A stretch of 32,350 bases of DNA from the sequence record SRR20825010_6460, one strand, 5' to 3'. Under the pieces are notes generated by a model. The model was not told the DNA's origin. It worked only from the letters and a program-made list of their open reading frames with translations, and did not search any database. A program made the position numbers and the translations under genes. This document shows, in pieces, positions 27,960 through 32,350 of the stretch (position 1 is its first letter; each line of letters begins with the position of its first letter).

Positions 27960-28838
27960 TTAAATTCCAATTCTAAAACCCGTTCTAAAATAAAAACTAG
28001 GTTGATCATTCAATGTAAATATATCCTCTCGTTCTTCATTCCTCAACACTCCGGCCTGAAACAAGGTATGGCCGGCGTAGCCATAAAAGAAAATATTTTT
28101 GGCCACAGCATATTGGTATCCTAGCGTAAACAAGGCAACCGAGGTGGAAATGGATGAGGCAACACCAGAATCCGAGCTTATCACCGTATTCTGTAAATTA
28201 ACGTAATATCCATCCAAAATAAACTCTGTTTGCAGCATATGTTTCTCGTTAAAAAAGTACTTCATACCACTTTTTGGGGCCCCCACTACATATGCCCAAT
28301 TGGGATGAAACCTCTTTTCAAAATAGACCAAGGGCAATGGCACTCTAACGGCCACAGTTGAGTTATAGGCTATTCCTAAAACCAAGCGCGTTGGTTTGTC
28401 TATTTTTGGTCTATCCCGTAGCGCCCCAACCGTAACGTTCACGGAAACATCCCCTTGACCAATATCGTTGTTCAAAGTGGAAGACAAACGAGGAGTTACA
28501 ACCCCAACAAAGCGCCAATCTTGATTGTATTGCAATATGTAGGCCATATTTAAATCGGCTACATGAAAAGTTTCTGTAATTACATCGTCATAAGGAGTTC
28601 TACGGTTTAAGTCGTATTCAATACGATTGTATTCGCCACCTACAATAATATTGTCATTTTTCCCCACTTTAATTGGCATGTTGGCCACCAATTTAATTCT
28701 GGATAATTTTGCTTCAGCCGTATTTCTGGGCATGAGCATGTACTCTAACCTAAAAACATCCGGTGTTTGGGCAAGACAAAAATTGATCGACAAAAGAAAT
28801 CCCAATAAGAATGCCCTACCCTTTAATCTAATTCCCAT
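27960..28838 (-). CDS. Outer-membrane beta-barrel protein (DUF6268-like)
   Basis: Start reassigned to ATG at 28838 (MGIRLKGRAFLLGFLLSINFCLAQ signal); alternating beta-strand pattern; C-terminal FYFRTGFRIGI. Confidence 0.7.
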   Translation of the reverse strand: MGIRLKGRAFLLGFLLSINFCLAQTPDVFRLEYMLMPRNTAEAKLSRIKLVANMPIKVGKNDNIIVGGEYNRIEYDLNRRTPYDDVITETFHVADLNMAYILQYNQDWRFVGVVTPRLSSTLNNDIGQGDVSVNVTVGALRDRPKIDKPTRLVLGIAYNSTVAVRVPLPLVYFEKRFHPNWAYVVGAPKSGMKYFFNEKHMLQTEFILDGYYVNLQNTVISSDSGVASSISTSVALFTLGYQYAVAKNIFFYGYAGHTLFQAGVLRNEEREDIFTLNDQPSFYFRTGFRIGI

Positions 28839-29724
28839 TTCCAACATCCTTTTTTTCGACTTGCATCGTTTGAATTGGATGGGACTGAAATACATGAACA
28901 TCCCTTTGAGGAAAAGGAATACTTATATTGTGTTCCCTAAATTTAGCATCAATAATATACCGCATAGCACTTTTAATTTTTGGATCTCCATAGCTGTCAT
29001 TAATGAAAAAATTGATGGAAAACAGCAAAGCAGAATCCCCAAAATCTTCAAAAAGCACAAATGGTTTGGGATTTTTTAAGACCCCTTTCTGTTCACTGGC
29101 AATATTTTCCAAAATTTTGGTCACCAAAACAACATCGCTTCCATAAGCCACTCCAACCTTAACGTTCTCCCTAGTGCTTTTATGATTTTGGGTATAATTA
29201 TAAATACTATCCGTTAAAAATTGGTGGTTGGGAATTATAATTACCTTGTCATCCCTTGTAAGTGCCCTGGTAGTCCTTAATCTTATTTCAAAAACCTGTC
29301 CTACTTTTTGATTTACCTCTACAATATCCCCTACCCGCAAGGACTGATCCATAATAATAAGAATTCCGGAGATGATATCTTGGAACAAATACTGAAGCGC
29401 AAATCCCAAACCAACAAACAGTGCTGCCGATGCGGTAAGCAAGACAGTGAGATTGACACCGGAAGTGTGTAGGACGACCAACACCACCAATATGTAGAAC
29501 AAATATCTTAAAAATCCAAAAACACTGATAAACTTATTCTTATCCTCTTCGGGCAACTTTGCAGTAACCAATTTGTGAAACAGTTTCAGAGCATAGTTTA
29601 CTGTGATCAAAGAAATTATAACCGTTAAAAAGGTAGCTGCGGTTATATCCACCTTATCACCGTTCCAAATTTTATAGGCGAGAAATTCATCCAAACCCTT
29701 AAAAATATTCTTTAGTTCTTCCAT
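28828..29724 (-). CDS. Small-conductance mechanosensitive channel (MscS family)
   Basis: VGLGFALQ, LRVGDIVEV, IIPN and VGVAYGSD...FEDFGDSAL...IPFPQRD motifs. Confidence 0.93.
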   Translation of the reverse strand: MEELKNIFKGLDEFLAYKIWNGDKVDITAATFLTVIISLITVNYALKLFHKLVTAKLPEEDKNKFISVFGFLRYLFYILVVLVVLHTSGVNLTVLLTASAALFVGLGFALQYLFQDIISGILIIMDQSLRVGDIVEVNQKVGQVFEIRLRTTRALTRDDKVIIIPNHQFLTDSIYNYTQNHKSTRENVKVGVAYGSDVVLVTKILENIASEQKGVLKNPKPFVLFEDFGDSALLFSINFFINDSYGDPKIKSAMRYIIDAKFREHNISIPFPQRDVHVFQSHPIQTMQVEKKDVGNGN

Positions 29725-29725
29725 T

Positions 29726-31063
29726 CTAATATTTCAGCCATTTAAGCAAATCCCTATAAGAAGGTTTTTTTCCGTACATCAATATCCCTACCCTATATAT
29801 CTTGGCGGCCAACCATACAATACCTATAAAAGTGATAATCAATAGAAGAATTGAAACCACAACCTCCCAAATAGGCACACCTCCTTCTCCTATACCGCCC
29901 GGTAGACGCATAAGCATCACTATAGGTGATGTTAAAGGAAATAATGAGAATCCTACAGCAATTGGGCCATGGGGATTATTAAAGACAGAAAAGAAGCCTA
30001 CATAAATGGCCAACATTAAAGGTAATATTATAGGAAAAATAAACTGTTGTGTATCTGTCTCGTTGTCCACCGCAGCCCCTATTGCGGCATATATTGAGCT
30101 ATATATAAGGTAGCCCAGAACAAAATAGATCACAAAAAAACAAATAAGCATAATCCAAGGTATCCTAAAAAGTTCGTTAGCATATAATTGCATGGCAGAA
30201 TCGGATGCTGCCACATAGGCAGCCCCCCCTATAAGGCCAGGTGTATTGCTTGCCCCGGAATTAAGGGCTGATGGATCTATGTCGAAAACCAGGATCAATA
30301 CACCAAACATTAAAAAAGCCGAAATGATCCATATTGCGAACTGGGTAACTCCGGCCAAGGAGGTCCCTATAATTTTTCCCAGCATAAGCTGAAAAGGTTT
30401 CACCGAAGAGATAATAACCTCTATTATCCTGGTTGTTTTTTCCTCAATTACACTGCGCATGACAAAACCACCATAAATAATGATGAACATCATAATCAGG
30501 TATCCGAATGCCCCACCTATAAATGCCTTGATTTCTGTTATTCCTTTCAGGTTCTGTTCCCCGGTAAAGGTTGCAGTTTTCATTTCAAAATTATTGCCCA
30601 CACTCTCAAAATCCGATACCGAGACCCCTAATTCCTGTAATCTTTGCATTCGCAAACGGTCTTCGAACACATTTTCCAAATTATCCAATATAGACGAACC
30701 CGGAGCGTCCTTGCTATAAAAGAAAGACCTGCTTGCCACTTGTTCCAGATCCTGTTCATTAGGAATGTACAGCAAACCATAAAAACCCATTTTTTGAATA
30801 GAGTCCTTGGCCGCCTGTAAGTCAATATCCTTAAACTTTACAAACGAAGTGCTTTCCGTTCCCTGAAAATCCGTGGAAAAATAATTGCTCTCATTTAGTA
30901 TTCCGATAGTTCTAATTTCATTATCGTTGATTTTGGTCAGATAAACAATAAGCACTACCATTCCCACCATAAGGATCGGACTCAAAAAAGTCATTACCAC
31001 AAATGATTTATTTCTAACTTTTGCTAAATATTCGCGTTTTATGATCAGCGATAACTTACCCAT
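29726..31063 (-). CDS. ABC-2 type transporter permease (NatB-like)
   Basis: IIKREY...V, SVIEEKTTRIIEVIISSV...LMLGKIIG and KIYRVGILMYGK motifs. Confidence 0.92.
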   Translation of the reverse strand: MGKLSLIIKREYLAKVRNKSFVVMTFLSPILMVGMVVLIVYLTKINDNEIRTIGILNESNYFSTDFQGTESTSFVKFKDIDLQAAKDSIQKMGFYGLLYIPNEQDLEQVASRSFFYSKDAPGSSILDNLENVFEDRLRMQRLQELGVSVSDFESVGNNFEMKTATFTGEQNLKGITEIKAFIGGAFGYLIMMFIIIYGGFVMRSVIEEKTTRIIEVIISSVKPFQLMLGKIIGTSLAGVTQFAIWIISAFLMFGVLILVFDIDPSALNSGASNTPGLIGGAAYVAASDSAMQLYANELFRIPWIMLICFFVIYFVLGYLIYSSIYAAIGAAVDNETDTQQFIFPIILPLMLAIYVGFFSVFNNPHGPIAVGFSLFPLTSPIVMLMRLPGGIGEGGVPIWEVVVSILLLIITFIGIVWLAAKIYRVGILMYGKKPSYRDLLKWLKY

Positions 31064-31068
31064 GAATA

Positions 31069-31992
31069 CTATTTGGATTGAACGGTTCTAATAAATATGT
31101 CGTTAGCCGATGGAATGGTCTCCATGAATTTATTGACATTTGCCTTGCCCGATAAATGGGATAGAAAGGGACCTGTATCATCAGAGGGCAATTGCACTGT
31201 GAAATTTAGTTGCAATCCCTCGTCTACATACTCTGAAGATAGAATCTCAAATTTATCCTTTAAATCCTCCAAGAGTCCGTTGGCGCTTTGCACACCTAGC
31301 CCCACCTTATAAATATTATTTTTATATGCTTTTTTAATATCGCTAAGTTTGCCATCCAGTATTTTTTCCGATTTGTGCACCAAGGCAATATATTCGCATA
31401 GTTCCTCAACAGATTCCATACGGTGCGTAGAAAAAATTATGGTGGTGCCTTTATCCCTTAATTGAAGGATTTCATCCTTAATAAGATTGGCATTTATAGG
31501 ATCAAAACCGCTAAAGGGCTCATCAAATATCAGCAGCTTTGGCTCGTGCAAAACAGTAACAATAAATTGGATCTTTTGGGCCATGCCCTTAGATAGTTCC
31601 TGTATTTTCTTGTTCCACCAATCCCCAATTTCAAGTCTATCGAACCAATATTTTAACCTGATTTTGGCATCGGACTTGGACAGTCCTTTTAACTGGGCAA
31701 GATATAGGGCCTGTTCCCCCACTTTCATACTTTTATATAGTCCCCTTTCCTCAGGCAAATATCCGATCATAGAAATATGTTCGGCCTGCAAAGGCTTACC
31801 ATCAAAAAAAATTGCCCCTTGATCCGGATAGATTATTTGATTAATTATCCGTATTAATGTGGTTTTCCCAGCTCCGTTGGGTCCAAGTAGACCGTAGATA
31901 CTATTTTTGGGAATTTCCAATGAAACCTTGTTGAGAGCTATATGGCTCCCAAACTGCTTGGAAACCTCATTAGCGACCAATATATTATTCAT
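31069..31992 (-). CDS. ABC transporter ATP-binding protein (NatA-like)
   Basis: GPNGAGKT, GYLPEERGLY, LSKGMAQK and IFDEPFSG motifs. Confidence 0.95.
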   Translation of the reverse strand: MNNILVANEVSKQFGSHIALNKVSLEIPKNSIYGLLGPNGAGKTTLIRIINQIIYPDQGAIFFDGKPLQAEHISMIGYLPEERGLYKSMKVGEQALYLAQLKGLSKSDAKIRLKYWFDRLEIGDWWNKKIQELSKGMAQKIQFIVTVLHEPKLLIFDEPFSGFDPINANLIKDEILQLRDKGTTIIFSTHRMESVEELCEYIALVHKSEKILDGKLSDIKKAYKNNIYKVGLGVQSANGLLEDLKDKFEILSSEYVDEGLQLNFTVQLPSDDTGPFLSHLSGKANVNKFMETIPSANDIFIRTVQSK

Positions 31993-32006
31993 GCATGCAA
32001 TTTCCC

Positions 32007-32014
32007 CAAAGATA
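32007..32014 (-). promoter_or_regulatory. Bacteroidota -7 box (TATCTTTG) for the ABC-mscS-regulator operon
   Basis: CAAAGATA on + strand about 15 nt upstream of the start. Confidence 0.55.
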
Positions 32015-32204
32015 TATAATTGCTATTTAAGAGATAGGCAGGAAAATTATAAATTACACATTTTTACATAATTTAACTTCGGTAATTATCGAAGCCCAAG
32101 TCCTCTATAAAATTCTGAAATCAGCTATACCAAAAAACGAAGAAAACAGAAGTAACCAAAAACACCAAGTTCTCCCGAGCACGGAAGGATCCACACCTCT
32201 AACT

Positions 32205-32350
32205 ATGTCCTTTGCGTTCTTTTTGCACTTGCAGACCTTCAAACAAGGAGATTCCGCCAAAAGGCGGGACTGGTTCAACCATCCATACTCACGGCGTTCC
32301 TTTGGAACTGGAGGACATTTCAACTAATAGATCCCGCCAAAGGGCGGGAC
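32205..32350. repeat. 80-bp-period tandem structured repeat, possibly a non-coding RNA array, truncated by the window edge
   Basis: AGATTCCGCCAAAAGGCGGGAC (32249-32270) and AGATCCCGCCAAAGGGCGGGAC (32329-32350) hairpins; adjacent sequence is also similar between units. Confidence 0.7.

Noticed and set aside
28839..28901. N-terminal extension of the beta-barrel ORF given by the ORF track
   Set aside because: Overlaps mscS by over 70 nt; the ATG at 28838 gives a clean signal peptide
32105..32323. 72-aa minus-strand ORF
   Set aside because: Runs through the structured repeat with no recognisable motif; more simply a by-product of the repeat
32249..32350. Possible CRISPR array
   Set aside because: Only two 22-nt hairpins visible, 58-nt spacing, inter-repeat sequences resemble each other, and no cas genes in the window

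Overview
Low-GC bacterial chromosomal window that reads as Flavobacteriaceae (Bacteroidota): TAnnTTTG promoter boxes, the nusB-DUF1573-yajC gene order, a PUR/DUF3276 gene and a cyclophilin-FKBP fusion. About 28 intact protein-coding genes; no rRNA, tRNA, CRISPR array or transposase is visible. The left 11.9 kb looks accessory. It holds (i) a co-oriented seven-gene run (double-SnoaL lipoprotein, Rid-family lipoprotein lacking the catalytic Arg, small alpha/beta protein, degenerate hotdog thioesterase, His-rich membrane protein, O-methyltransferase, DUF1624 acyltransferase), (ii) cstA, and (iii) a three-gene exported redox operon (Tat Gfo/Idh/MocA, an unknown protein with a CxxxxC pair and a flavinylation-like DGVAGAT motif, and a Tat FAD oxidoreductase with a discoidin-like tail). 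The rest is mostly housekeeping, stress and transport genes. Features missed by the ORF track: a 306-nt gene broken by two compensating homopolymer frameshifts (18594-18899), a 28-aa membrane microprotein ORF behind an ECF-like promoter (21972-22058), nested GC-rich palindromic repeats at the left edge, and an 80-bp-period structured repeat at the right edge. All functional calls come from motif recognition by eye; no database searches were run.
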